Below are positions 20,733 to 29,919 of a stretch of 64,000 nucleotides of DNA, piece by piece. The notes below the pieces were generated by a model that did not search any database, was not told the origin of the DNA, and saw only the letters and a program-made list of their open reading frames with translations. Location of the stretch: the NCBI GenBank assembly GCA_963972525.1, contig CAXAUZ010000016.1, positions 18,515-82,514 on the forward strand, given 5' to 3'. This DNA is from an uncultured Acidimicrobiaceae bacterium. Its GTDB lineage: Bacteria > Actinomycetota > Acidimicrobiia > Acidimicrobiales > Salinilacustritrichaceae. A program made the position numbers and the translations under genes. The number at the start of each line of letters is the position of its first letter. The first letter of the stretch is position 1.

Positions 20733-21115
20733 GCCCGACCCCGGACTGGGTCGCCCTGCGGGCTGCCGCAGCCGAGGCGGCCCGGCGCTCGTACTCGCCC
20801 TACTCGGGGTTCCCGGTGGGTGCCGCGGCGCTGCTGGCCGACGGGTCCACCATCAGCGCCGCCAACGTCGAGAACGCCAGCTACACCGTCGGCATCTGCG
20901 CGGAGACCGCCCTCGTGGGCGTCCTCGTCGCCGGCGGCCACGGACGAGGTGACCTCGTCGCGGTCGCGGTCACCGACCCCGACGGCAACGACCTGTCCGC
21001 CTGCGGGCGGTGCCGCCAGCTGCTGCACGAGATGGGCGGCGGCCCCATGCCCCTCAACGAGCGTCCCATGGACGACTGGCTGCCCGGCGCCTTCGGACCC
21101 GAGGACCTCACCTGA
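20729..21115 (+). CDS. cdd: Cytidine deaminase
   Basis: SYSPYSGFPVGAAAL...ENASYTVGICAETALV...SACGRCRQLLHE (zinc-ligand CAE and CxxC motifs). ATGA overlap with the permease. Confidence 0.9.
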   Translation: MSPTPDWVALRAAAAEAARRSYSPYSGFPVGAAALLADGSTISAANVENASYTVGICAETALVGVLVAGGHGRGDLVAVAVTDPDGNDLSACGRCRQLLHEMGGGPMPLNERPMDDWLPGAFGPEDLT

Positions 21116-22389
21116 TGGCCACCGACATCCTCGACGTGCTGCGCACCAAGCGCGACGGCGGCCGGCTCTCCGACGAGCAGATCCGCTTCTTCATCGACGG
21201 CTACACCGCCGGCACCATCGCCGACGAGCAGGCCGCTGCGCTGCTGATGGCCATCGTGTGGCGGGGCATGGAGCCCGACGAGCTCGCCACCTGGACCGCG
21301 GCGATGATCGACACGGGTGAGCGCGCCGACCTGTCGTTCCTCGACCGCCCCACGGTCGACAAGCACTCCACCGGCGGCGTCGGCGACAAGATCTCCCTGA
21401 TCCTGGTCCCCCTCGTCGCCGCCTGCGGCGCCGCGGTCCCCCAGCTGGCCGGCCGGGGTCTGGGCCACACCGGCGGCACCCTCGACAAGCTCGAGGCCAT
21501 CGCCGGCTTCCAGTCCGTGCTGCCGGCCGATCGGTACCGGCAGGTCCTCGCCGACGTCGGCGGGGTCATCGCCGGCGCCAGCGGCGACATCGCCCCGGCC
21601 GACCGCAAGCTCTACGCCCTGCGCGACGTCACCGCCACCGTGGAGTCCATCCCGCTCATCGCCAGCTCGATCATGTCGAAGAAGATCGCCGAGGGCACCA
21701 GTGGCCTCGTCCTCGACGTGAAGCTCGGTTCGGGCTCGTTCCTCGGCGACGACGACGCCACGCGCGTGCTGGCCGAGACCATGGTCGGCATCGGCAACGG
21801 GAACGGCGTCGACACCGTCGCCCTGCTCACCGACATGGACCAGCCGCTGGGCCGGGCGGCCGGCAACGCCCTCGAGGTGCAGGAGTCCCTCGACGTGCTC
21901 GCCGGCGGCGGTCCGGCCGACGTGCGCGAGCTCACCCTGGCGCTGGCCCGGGAGATGCTGGGGATCGCCGGCATCGACACCGACCCGGAGCCGGTGCTCG
22001 ACGACGGGCGGGCCATGGAGGCCTTCGAGCGGATCGTGGCGGCCCAGGGCGGCGACCTGTCCGTGGCGCTGCCCACCTCAGCGCACGCCCACGTGGTCGC
22101 GGCCGAGCGGGACGGGTGGCTGCAGCGCATGGACTGCAAGGCCGTCGGCATCGCCGTCTGGCGCCTCGGTGCCGGGCGGGCCCGCAAGGAGGACGCGGTG
22201 TCCTTCGGCGCCGGCGCCCTGGTCGAGGCCAAGGTGGGCGAGCGCGTCGCCGCCGGTGATCCGGTGCTGGTGCTGCACGCCGACGACCCCGACCGCTTCG
22301 CCGGCGCGCTGGCGGCCCTCGAGGGCGCCATCGACATCGGCGACCAGCGGGTCGAGCCGCGACCGCTCATCGCCGACCGCATCGCCTGA
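21115..22389 (+). CDS. deoA: Thymidine/pyrimidine-nucleoside phosphorylase
   Basis: ILDVLRTKRDGGRLSDEQIRFFIDGYT...VDKHSTGGVGDKISL...GRGLGHTGGTLDKLE. ATG at 21115 shares its A with the cdd TGA. Confidence 0.9.
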   Translation: MATDILDVLRTKRDGGRLSDEQIRFFIDGYTAGTIADEQAAALLMAIVWRGMEPDELATWTAAMIDTGERADLSFLDRPTVDKHSTGGVGDKISLILVPLVAACGAAVPQLAGRGLGHTGGTLDKLEAIAGFQSVLPADRYRQVLADVGGVIAGASGDIAPADRKLYALRDVTATVESIPLIASSIMSKKIAEGTSGLVLDVKLGSGSFLGDDDATRVLAETMVGIGNGNGVDTVALLTDMDQPLGRAAGNALEVQESLDVLAGGGPADVRELTLALAREMLGIAGIDTDPEPVLDDGRAMEAFERIVAAQGGDLSVALPTSAHAHVVAAERDGWLQRMDCKAVGIAVWRLGAGRARKEDAVSFGAGALVEAKVGERVAAGDPVLVLHADDPDRFAGALAALEGAIDIGDQRVEPRPLIADRIA

Positions 22390-22401
22390 CCGCCGACCGC
22401 A

Positions 22402-22454
22402 CGGTTCCGGGCCGCCCAACACGCCTCCAGGGCGCGCACCGCGGCCCAGAACGG
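22402..22454 (-). repeat. Structured GC-rich intergenic element, copy B (14-bp-arm hairpin between convergent genes)
   Basis: The minus strand reads CCGTTCTGGGCCGC-GGTGCGCGCCCTGGAGGCGTGTTGG-GCGGCCCGGAACCG. The arms pair at 13 of 14 positions including one G-U. The core matches copy A at 34 of 41 positions, with exact 11-nt and 10-nt blocks at the same spacing. Confidence 0.45.
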
Positions 22455-22467
22455 TCGGGGGTGGGGC

Positions 22468-22851
22468 TCAGATGTCGCCGACGCCGCCGTCTCCGCCACG
22501 TCGACGGAGGCGACCGGCGGCTCCGCCGGCGGCGCCCCGTGCGGCCCGGCCGGTGCTGAGGGCGGCACCCTTGGCCACCCGGACCGAGGAGCCGGCCGCG
22601 CCCTTGGCCATCTGGCCGGCGCGCTCGGCGGTGGCCTTGGTCCGGTCGAGGGCGGCGGCGGCCCAGGCGTACTCGGTGCCGAGCACGGCGAAGCCGGCCA
22701 CGACCACGAGGATGCCGGGGCCGGGCAGCACCAGCATGGCGATGCCGGCGAGCACCAGGGCCGCGCCGACCACGCTGACCGCGATCCGCTTCGAGGAGCG
22801 GAAGGCGAAGCGGACGACGGCGACGAAGCGGGACTCCGAGCTCTCGGGCAT
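22468..22851 (-). CDS. PGPGW-domain small membrane protein
   Basis: MPESSESRF...VVGAALVLAGIAMLVLPGPGILVVVAGFAVLGTEYAWA, then a Gly/Ala/Arg-rich tail. ATG at 22851 set by counting from the stop. Confidence 0.6.
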   Translation of the reverse strand: MPESSESRFVAVVRFAFRSSKRIAVSVVGAALVLAGIAMLVLPGPGILVVVAGFAVLGTEYAWAAAALDRTKATAERAGQMAKGAAGSSVRVAKGAALSTGRAARGAAGGAAGRLRRRGGDGGVGDI

Positions 22852-22890
22852 CGACCGATCGTACGGCGGGACAGCCGGTAGCGTCAGCGC

Positions 22891-23982
22891 ATGCCGAACA
22901 CCCCCACGCTCGAGCTGATCACGCAGGCCCCGAAGGTCCTCCTGCACGACCACCTCGACGGGGGGCTGCGACCGGCGACCGTGATCGAGCTGGCCGCCGA
23001 GCAGGGCTACACGGGCCTGCCGACGACCGACCCCGAGGAGCTGGCCGCCTGGTTCGTCGAGGGCGCCGCCCGGCGCAGCCTGCCCCGCTACCTGGAGCCG
23101 TTCCAGCACACCGTCGGGGTCATGCAGACCCCCGAGGCGCTCACCCGCGTCGCGGCCGAGTGCGCCGAGGACCTCGCCGACGACGGCGTGGTCTACGCCG
23201 AGGTCCGCTTCGCGCCCGAGCTGCACCTCGACGGCGGCATGGAGCTGGACCAGATCGTCGAGTCCGTGCTCGCCGGGTTCGAGCAGGTGACCTCCCAGGG
23301 GCGCATCCAGATCGGTCTGCTCCTCACCGCGATGCGCACGGCGGCGAACTCGTCCGAGATCGCCGAGCTCGCGCTGCGCCACCGGGACAGCGGCGTCGTG
23401 GGCTTCGACATCGCCGGCAGCGAGGCCGGGCACCCGCCCACCCGCCACCTGGACGCGTTCCGCACCATCGCCGCCGCCAACCACCACATCACCATCCACG
23501 CCGGCGAGGCGTTCGGCCTGCCCTCCATCTGGGAGGCCATCCAGATCTGCGGGGCCGAGCGGCTCGGGCACGGCGTGCGCATCGTCGACGACATCGAGGT
23601 CCAGCCCGACGGCTCGGTCAAGCTCGGCGAGCTGGCGTCCTTCGTCCGGGACCGGCGCGTGCCCCTCGAGATGTGCCCGACGTCGAACGTGCACACGGGC
23701 GTGGTGGACGAGCTGTCCCAGCACCCGATCGACCTGCTCACCCGCCTGCGGTTCCGGGTCACCGTCAACACCGACAACCGGCTCATGAGCGACGTCACGA
23801 TGTCGAGCGAGATGCACGCCCTGTGCGAGACCTTCGGCTACGGCTGGACCGATCTGCAGTGGTTCACCGTGAACGCCATGAAGAGCGCGTTCTGGCCCTT
23901 CGACAAGCGCCTGCGGATCATCAACGAGATCATCAAGCCGGGCTACGCGTCCCTGCAGGCCCGGTCGCTCGAATCGGCGTGA
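22891..23982 (+). CDS. add: Adenosine deaminase
   Basis: [15 protein letters not shown]...ITIHAGE...RLGHGVRI...CPTSNV...[11 protein letters not shown]. Confidence 0.9.
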   Translation: MPNTPTLELITQAPKVLLHDHLDGGLRPATVIELAAEQGYTGLPTTDPEELAAWFVEGAARRSLPRYLEPFQHTVGVMQTPEALTRVAAECAEDLADDGVVYAEVRFAPELHLDGGMELDQIVESVLAGFEQVTSQGRIQIGLLLTAMRTAANSSEIAELALRHRDSGVVGFDIAGSEAGHPPTRHLDAFRTIAAANHHITIHAGEAFGLPSIWEAIQICGAERLGHGVRIVDDIEVQPDGSVKLGELASFVRDRRVPLEMCPTSNVHTGVVDELSQHPIDLLTRLRFRVTVNTDNRLMSDVTMSSEMHALCETFGYGWTDLQWFTVNAMKSAFWPFDKRLRIINEIIKPGYASLQARSLESA

Positions 23983-24102
23983 CCATGTGCGCGCTCGAGC
24001 TCAGCACGCAGGTGTCGGGCGTCGACGACCGCGAGGCGCAACCGCGAGACGCTGGAGCGCATGGCCGCTGCGCTGGAGGGCTGACGCCCGGCGCCGCCGA
24101 AC

Positions 24103-24774
24103 CTAGACGCCGTCCAGGATCGCCGCGGAGGACGACGCTCCGATGCGCGTGGCGCCGGCCTCGATCATGGCCAGCGCCGTCTCGGCATCGCGGATGCCTC
24201 CCGATGCCTTGACGCCGACGTCCCAACCCACCGCAGCGCGCATGCGGCGGACGGCATCGACGGAGGCGCCACCCGTGGGGTGGAAGCCCGTGGAGGTCTT
24301 CACGTAGTCGGCGCCGGCGTCGACCGCCACGGCGCACACCCGGTCGAGCTGGGCGTCGTCGAGGGCGGCGGACTCCACGATGACCTTGAGCACCACCGGC
24401 GACGGCGCCGCCTCGCGCACGGCGCGGACGTGGGCCTCGACCTCGTCCCAGTCGCCGGCCACCACGGCGCCGAGGGGCACGACCATGTCCAACTCGGACG
24501 CACCGTCGGCGACGGCAGCGGCCGCCTCGGCGGCCTTGATCTCGGCCCGGTGGGCGCCGGAGGGGAAGCCGATCACGGAGGCCAGCCCCACGGTGGAACC
24601 ACGGAGGGCGGCGGCTGCGGTGGCCACCTGGTTCGGGGACACGCAGACCGCCCCCACACCGAGGTCGCGCGCCTCGGCGCAGAGGGCCTCGACGCGCTCG
24701 ACCGTCGCCTCCGGGGCGAGGAGCGTGTGGTCGATCATGCGGGCGACGGCGGTGCGATCCACGGATGCCATCAT
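24103..24774 (-). CDS. deoC: Deoxyribose-phosphate aldolase
   Basis: [12 protein letters not shown]...VCVSP...VIGFPSG...LKVIVE...DYVKTSTGF...[11 protein letters not shown] at 24774 set by counting 223 aa from the stop. Confidence 0.9.
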   Translation of the reverse strand: MMASVDRTAVARMIDHTLLAPEATVERVEALCAEARDLGVGAVCVSPNQVATAAAALRGSTVGLASVIGFPSGAHRAEIKAAEAAAAVADGASELDMVVPLGAVVAGDWDEVEAHVRAVREAAPSPVVLKVIVESAALDDAQLDRVCAVAVDAGADYVKTSTGFHPTGGASVDAVRRMRAAVGWDVGVKASGGIRDAETALAMIEAGATRIGASSSAAILDGV

Positions 24775-24780
24775 GCCCAC

Positions 24781-25404
24781 ATGGACACGCTCGTCGTCGA
24801 CCACCCCCTCGCCGCCCAGCTCCTGACCCGGATGCGCGACGAGCGCACCGACCGGGCCGTGTTCCGCCACGCCGCCGACGAGCTGGCCCTGATGCTGGTC
24901 TACGAAGCCACCCGCGCCCTCGCCACCGAGCCGGTGGCGATCCGCACCCCGCTCACCGAGACCACCGGCGTGCGCGTCACCCGGCCCCCGATGGTCGTGC
25001 CGGTGCTGCGCGCCGGCCTCGGCATGCTCGGCCCGGTCCTGCGCCTGCTGCCGGGCAGCGACACCGGCTTCATCGGCGTGGCCCGCGACGAGTCGACCCA
25101 CGAGCCGGTGCCCTACATGAACTCGGTGCCCGACGACCTCGACGGGCGCGACGTGCTCGTCCTGGACCCCATGCTGGCCACGGGCGGGTCGATGGTCTTC
25201 GCGTGCGAGCAGCTGGCCGCCCGCAACCCGGGCACCGTCACCGCGGTGTGCATCCTCGCCGCACCCGAGGGCGTGGACCGGCTGCACGGCACCGGGCTCG
25301 TCGATCGCCTCGTCACGGCTTCGGTGGACGAGCGGCTGAACGAGGACGCCTTCATCGTCCCCGGCCTCGGCGACGCCGGCGATCGGCTGTTCGGCACGGC
25401 GTGA
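24781..25404 (+). CDS. upp: Uracil phosphoribosyltransferase
   Basis: [16 protein letters not shown]...[11 protein letters not shown]...[13 protein letters not shown]...[18 protein letters not shown] at 24781. Confidence 0.9.
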   Translation: MDTLVVDHPLAAQLLTRMRDERTDRAVFRHAADELALMLVYEATRALATEPVAIRTPLTETTGVRVTRPPMVVPVLRAGLGMLGPVLRLLPGSDTGFIGVARDESTHEPVPYMNSVPDDLDGRDVLVLDPMLATGGSMVFACEQLAARNPGTVTAVCILAAPEGVDRLHGTGLVDRLVTASVDERLNEDAFIVPGLGDAGDRLFGTA

Positions 25405-25468
25405 GGTACGACTCGGGCGACGACGGGGTAAGGGTCCGCACCCACCCCCACCGTCGAAGGAGAGACCC

Positions 25469-25900
25469 ATGGACGCCATCACGCTGCTGACCACCGACCA
25501 CGACGAGGTGCGCGACCTCTTCGAGCAGTTCCGCACGGCCGAGGAGGCCGAGGACAAGGCCCGCATGAAGGAGCTGCAGAAGGAGATCTTCTCCGAGCTC
25601 GAGACCCACACCCGGATCGAGGAGGACATCTTCTACCCGGCGGTCCGGGACACCGACGAGGAGGAGCTGGCCGAGACCGTCGACGAGGGCGTCCAGGAGC
25701 ACCACGTCGTCAAGGTCCTCATGCGTGAGATCGAGGACGTCTCCGGCGACGACACCTTCATCGCCAAGATGAAGGTCCTGATGGAGAACGTCGAGCACCA
25801 CGCCGAGGAGGAGGAGACCGACATGTTCCCCGACCTCCGGAAGCGGATGAGCCAGGAGCGCCTCGACGAGCTCGGCGCCGAGATGGCGGCGGCCAAGTAG
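25469..25900 (+). CDS. Hemerythrin (HHE cation-binding) domain protein
   Basis: [17 protein letters not shown]...[13 protein letters not shown]...EHHVVK...[24 protein letters not shown] upstream. Confidence 0.85.
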   Translation: MDAITLLTTDHDEVRDLFEQFRTAEEAEDKARMKELQKEIFSELETHTRIEEDIFYPAVRDTDEEELAETVDEGVQEHHVVKVLMREIEDVSGDDTFIAKMKVLMENVEHHAEEEETDMFPDLRKRMSQERLDELGAEMAAAK

Positions 25901-25918
25901 CTCCCGGGCGCTGCGGGG

Positions 25919-26275
25919 TCAGGCGGCCCCGTAGCGCTCGACCAGGCGAGGGATCCGCTGCTCGAACTCGAGCTTGTCGAAGCACGCCGTGGCGCCACGC
26001 GCCCGGCTGCGGTTGAAGCTCTCGGCCGCCGCGTACGCGGTGACCACGAGCACCCGGGTCGACGGGCACCGCCGCTTCAGCTCCGGCAGGGCCGACAGCC
26101 CGTCCCGGTTCGGCATGAACAGGTCGAGCACGATCAGGTCCGGGCACACGTCTGCGACCTGGGCGATGCAGTCGTCTCCGTCCACCGCCTCGGTCACGTC
26201 GACGCCGCGAGCCTCGAACGCCATCCGGAACAGCAGCCGGATGTCGGCCTCGTCGTCGCAGATGAGCACCCGCAC
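25919..26275 (-). CDS. Stand-alone response-regulator receiver domain (CheY-like)
   Basis: 118 aa. Acidic pair DD (MRVLICDDEAD), phospho-acceptor context IVLDLFMP, conserved T (VVTA) and K (FDKL). No output domain and no kinase gene nearby. Confidence 0.85.
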   Translation of the reverse strand: MRVLICDDEADIRLLFRMAFEARGVDVTEAVDGDDCIAQVADVCPDLIVLDLFMPNRDGLSALPELKRRCPSTRVLVVTAYAAAESFNRSRARGATACFDKLEFEQRIPRLVERYGAA

Positions 26276-26330
26276 GCCGTCACGGTACGACCGACGCGTC
26301 GTCCGACGTCGAACCGTGCTCGAGGTTCGT

Positions 26331-26372
26331 GTCAGACCAGCTGGGTCAGGCCAGCCGGGTCAGGCCAGCTGG
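26331..26372. repeat. Three tandem 14-nt units spanning the stop of the phosphomutase gene
   Basis: GTCAGACCAGCTGG / GTCAGGCCAGCCGG / GTCAGGCCAGCTGG at 26331-26344, 26345-26358 and 26359-26372. Each carries a minus-strand TGA in a different frame. Confidence 0.85.
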
Positions 26373-28033
26373 GCTTCGAGGTCGGCGAGGACCGCGTCGA
26401 TGCGCTCGTCGGCGATGTCGGTCTCGGCTCCGACGTCGTCGACGGCCTCGACGAGGCGCACCACCTCGACGTACAGCTTGAGCTTGGGCTCGGTGCCGGA
26501 CGGGCGGACGACGACCCGCATGCCGTCGCCGCGCAGGACCACGCCGTCGGTGGGCGGCAGGCGCTGGCCCAGGGCCAGGTCCTCGACCCCCACGATCTCG
26601 AAGCCGCCGAGCGCCGCAGGCGGCTCCGTCCGGATCCGGTCGACCGCCGCAGCCATCCGAGGCGCACCGTCGAGGCCCTCGAACCGCAGGGAACGCTGGC
26701 GGGTGCGGTGCAGGCCCAGGTCGACGGCCAGCTCGGCGAGGCGCTGCGCCACCGACGAGCGCTCGGCGAGCAGCCCGGCCACCGCCTCGACGGCGACGAC
26801 GGCGGCGCCGATGCCGTCCTTGTCCCGCACCAGCGACCCGACCGAGTAGCCGAGCGCCTCCTCGTAGCCGAGCACCGGGCGGAGATCGGGGCGGGCCATG
26901 GCGGCGCGGGCCAGCCACTTGAACCCGGTGAGCGTCTCGACGGACTCGACGTCGTGGTGGGCGGCCAGCGCGGCGAGGGCCGACGACGACACGACGGTGG
27001 TGACCAGCAGGCGGTCGGTGCCCTCGGAGTGGCGCAGCAGGTGGTCGGCCAGCAGCAAGCCGATCTCGTCGCCGGTCAGGACCCGCCAGGTGGTGGACCC
27101 GCCGCGCGGACCGGGCACCGCGAGGGCGAGGCGGTCGGCGTCCGGGTCGTTGGCGATGGCGAGGTCGGCGCCGTGCTCCTCGGCCGACGCGAGGAGCAGG
27201 TCCATGGCCCCGGGCTCCTCCGGGTTGGGGAACGCCACCGTCGGGAAGTCGGGGTCGGGCTGGGCCTGCGCCTCGACCACCGTCGGCGGCGCGAAGCCGG
27301 CGCGGGTGAAGGCCGCCTGTAGGACCTCGAGGCCGACCCCGTGCATGGGCGTGTAGACCACCCGCAGCTCGACCGGCGCGTCTGAGGTCCGCAGTCCCGC
27401 GACCCCCTCCACGTAGGCGTCCACGACGTCGTCGCCGAGCTCGGCGATGCGCGGGTCGTCGAGGGGCGCCAGGGGCAGATCGGTCACCCGCTCGATCGCT
27501 GCCATGTGGGCCGCGATCTCCCGATCCCACGGCGCGACGATCTGGGCGCCGTCGCCGGCGTAGACCTTGTAGCCGTTGTCGGCAGGCGGGTTGTGGCTGG
27601 CCGTGACCATCACGCCCGCGGCCCCGCCCAGGTGGCGGACGGCGAAGGCGAGCAGCGGCGTCGGCAGGGGGCGATCGGCGAGGACGACGTGGCGGCCGGC
27701 GCCGGCGACGACCGCAGCGGTGTCCCGGGCGAAGTCGGCCGAGCCGTGGCGTGCATCCCGGGCCACGACGACGGGCCCCTCCCACCCCTGGTCGTCGAGC
27801 CACCGGCACAGCCCGGCCGCGGCACGGCGCACGACGGCACGGTTCATCCGACCCGGTCCCGGCCCGAGCGGCCCGCGCAGGCCGGCGGTGCCGAAGGCGA
27901 GCGGTGCGGCGAACGCGGCCTCGAGCGCGGCCTCGTCGTCGGCGGCCACCATGGCGTCGAGCGCCGCGACCGTGGCGGGGTCGGGGTCGTCGGCGCGCCA
28001 GGCTTCGACCGCGGCGCGCAGCTCGGCGTCCAT
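26360..28033 (-). CDS. Phospho-sugar mutase (alpha-D-phosphohexomutase family; pmmB-like, probable phosphopentomutase role in this context)
   Basis: Active-site TASHNPPADNGYKVY, Mg loop NDPDADR. Adjacent to the PNP gene, as pmmB is to deoD in mycobacteria. Confidence 0.9.
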   Translation of the reverse strand: MDAELRAAVEAWRADDPDPATVAALDAMVAADDEAALEAAFAAPLAFGTAGLRGPLGPGPGRMNRAVVRRAAAGLCRWLDDQGWEGPVVVARDARHGSADFARDTAAVVAGAGRHVVLADRPLPTPLLAFAVRHLGGAAGVMVTASHNPPADNGYKVYAGDGAQIVAPWDREIAAHMAAIERVTDLPLAPLDDPRIAELGDDVVDAYVEGVAGLRTSDAPVELRVVYTPMHGVGLEVLQAAFTRAGFAPPTVVEAQAQPDPDFPTVAFPNPEEPGAMDLLLASAEEHGADLAIANDPDADRLALAVPGPRGGSTTWRVLTGDEIGLLLADHLLRHSEGTDRLLVTTVVSSSALAALAAHHDVESVETLTGFKWLARAAMARPDLRPVLGYEEALGYSVGSLVRDKDGIGAAVVAVEAVAGLLAERSSVAQRLAELAVDLGLHRTRQRSLRFEGLDGAPRMAAAVDRIRTEPPAALGGFEIVGVEDLALGQRLPPTDGVVLRGDGMRVVVRPSGTEPKLKLYVEVVRLVEAVDDVGAETDIADERIDAVLADLEAQLA

Positions 28034-28038
28034 CCGGC

Positions 28039-28872
28039 CTACAGCCGCCGGACCAGCCGGGCGAGCAGGGAGCCCATGGCATCGGCCGAGGTCACGGCCA
28101 CCGACAGGACGTCCTCATGGTCGAGGGAGTCGCCCAGGCCGGCGGCCAGGTTGGTGACCAGCGACATCGCCAGCACCTCAGCGCCCATGTGGTGGGCGGC
28201 GACGGCTTCGTGCACCGTGGACATGCCGACCAGATCCGCGCCCAGCGTCTGGAGCATGCGGATCTCGGCGGGCGTCTCGTACTGGGGGCCGTTCATGCCG
28301 GCGTAGACGCCCTCGACCAGGCTCGGTTCGAGCTCCCGGGCCATGGCCCGCAGGCGGGCCGAGTACAGGTCGGTCATGTCCGGGAAGCGGGGCCCGATGG
28401 CCGCGTCCGGGGTCGGGCCGGTCAGGGGGGACCGACCGGTGAGGTTGAGGTGGTCGGCGATGAGCACCGGTTGCCCGATGGACATGCCCTCGCCGAGGCC
28501 ACCCGCCGCGTTGGTGAGCACGACCGTGCTGCAGCCGGCGAGCACGGCGGTGCGCACGCCGTGCACGACGTCGGCGAGGCCGTGGCCCTCGTAGGCGTGG
28601 ACGCGGCCCAGCGCGACGAGCACGCGGCGACCGTCGACGTCGATCGAGCGGAGCTCGCCCCCGTGGCCCTCCACGGTCGGGGCGTGGAAGCCCGGGAGGT
28701 CCGCCGCCGGGAACGCGCAGGAGGCCTCGCCCAGCTGCTCGGCGGCGATGCGCCAGCCCGAGCCGAGCACGACCACCACGTCGTGGCGCTCGACGCCGGT
28801 CCGCTCGGCGAGGGCCGCGGCCGCCCCGGCGGCCCGCTCGTAGGCGTCGGGCGGGGTGCCGGTGCCGCTCAT
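28039..28872 (-). CDS. punA: Purine nucleoside phosphorylase (trimeric PNP-I type)
   Basis: VVLGSGW...VEGHGGEL...GRVHAYEG...TNAAGGL...[15 protein letters not shown]...[12 protein letters not shown] at 28872 overlaps the upstream stop (ATGA). Confidence 0.9.
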   Translation of the reverse strand: MSGTGTPPDAYERAAGAAAALAERTGVERHDVVVVLGSGWRIAAEQLGEASCAFPAADLPGFHAPTVEGHGGELRSIDVDGRRVLVALGRVHAYEGHGLADVVHGVRTAVLAGCSTVVLTNAAGGLGEGMSIGQPVLIADHLNLTGRSPLTGPTPDAAIGPRFPDMTDLYSARLRAMARELEPSLVEGVYAGMNGPQYETPAEIRMLQTLGADLVGMSTVHEAVAAHHMGAEVLAMSLVTNLAAGLGDSLDHEDVLSVAVTSADAMGSLLARLVRRL

Positions 28873-29882
28873 GCCAGCTGGGCCAGCGACTGGCCGGGTC
28901 GGGCGCCGGTGTGGCCGATGACGGCCGAGGCGGCGATGGAGCCGAGGCGGCCGCACTCGGCCAGCGGCAGGCCCTTGGCCATCCCGTGGAGCACGCCGGC
29001 GGCGTACAGGTCGCCGGCGCCGGTGGTGTCGACGACCTCGACCGGGTGGGGCGGCACCTCGACGATGCCCTCGGACGTCACGATGAGCGAACCCTCCGGG
29101 CCGAGCGTGACGCACGTGGTCTCGACCTCGTCGCGGGCACGGTCGACGGCGTGGTCGAGGTGGATCCCGTAGAGGGCACGCAGCTCGGCGTCGTTGGCGA
29201 AGAGCACGTCGACCTGGTCGGCGACGAGGGGCCGCCACTCGTCGATGTGGCGCTCCACGCAGAACGTGTCGGACAGGGTGAGTGCGACCTTGCGACCGGC
29301 GCCGTGGGCGATCTCGGAGGCGGTCCGGTAGGCGGCCTTGGCCTCGGGTCGGTCGAACAGGTAGCCCTCGAGGAAGGTGTACCGCGACAGCTCGATGAGC
29401 TCGGCGTCCACGTCGCCGGGGCTGAAGTAGGCGGAGGCGCCGAGGTAGGTGTTGAGGGTCCGCTCGGCGTCCGGGGTGACGATGATCAGGCACCGACCGG
29501 TGGGCGGGCCGTCGGTGGCCGGCGGCGAGCGGAACACCACGCCGTTGGCCCGCATGTCGTGGGCGAACACCACGCCGAGCTGATCGTCGTGGACCTTGCC
29601 CAGGTAGGCGGCCCGGCCGCCGAAGGAGGCGACCCCGGCGATGGTGTTGGCGGCCGATCCGCCGGACACCTCGATGCCCGGGCCCATCGCCTCGTACAGC
29701 TGCGTGGCCCGGTCCGGCTCGATGAGGGTCATGGCCCCCTTCACCAGATCGTGGGTCGCGACGAAGTCGTCGGCCTCGTGGCTGAGCACGTCCACGAGCG
29801 CGTTGCCGATGCCGACCACGTCGAGGGCGGTGCCGTCGTCGCGGACGTCGCGGAGGATCTGCTCGGATGCAGGGGGCGTCAC
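28869..29882 (-). CDS. PfkB-family kinase, adenosine-kinase-like
   Basis: [12 protein letters not shown]...GGSAANT...[16 protein letters not shown]. Start taken as GTG at 29882; the longer ORF-track N-terminus is Arg/Pro-rich and unlikely to be real. Confidence 0.8.
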   Translation of the reverse strand: MTPPASEQILRDVRDDGTALDVVGIGNALVDVLSHEADDFVATHDLVKGAMTLIEPDRATQLYEAMGPGIEVSGGSAANTIAGVASFGGRAAYLGKVHDDQLGVVFAHDMRANGVVFRSPPATDGPPTGRCLIIVTPDAERTLNTYLGASAYFSPGDVDAELIELSRYTFLEGYLFDRPEAKAAYRTASEIAHGAGRKVALTLSDTFCVERHIDEWRPLVADQVDVLFANDAELRALYGIHLDHAVDRARDEVETTCVTLGPEGSLIVTSEGIVEVPPHPVEVVDTTGAGDLYAAGVLHGMAKGLPLAECGRLGSIAASAVIGHTGARPGQSLAQLA

Positions 29883-29919
29883 GCTCGGCGACGGTACACG
29901 CGGCCGGTACCGTTGCCCG

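Noticed and set aside
23983-24102. Short ORF fragments in the add/deoC convergent gap, for example ...RNRETLERMAAALEG*, considered as a possible antitoxin-like remnant or small gene.
   Set aside because: There is no start codon with an SD and no partner gene. The similarity impression rests on a few residues only. The region is more simply a convergent terminator spacer containing small palindromes (GCTCGAGC; GCGCA...TGCGC).
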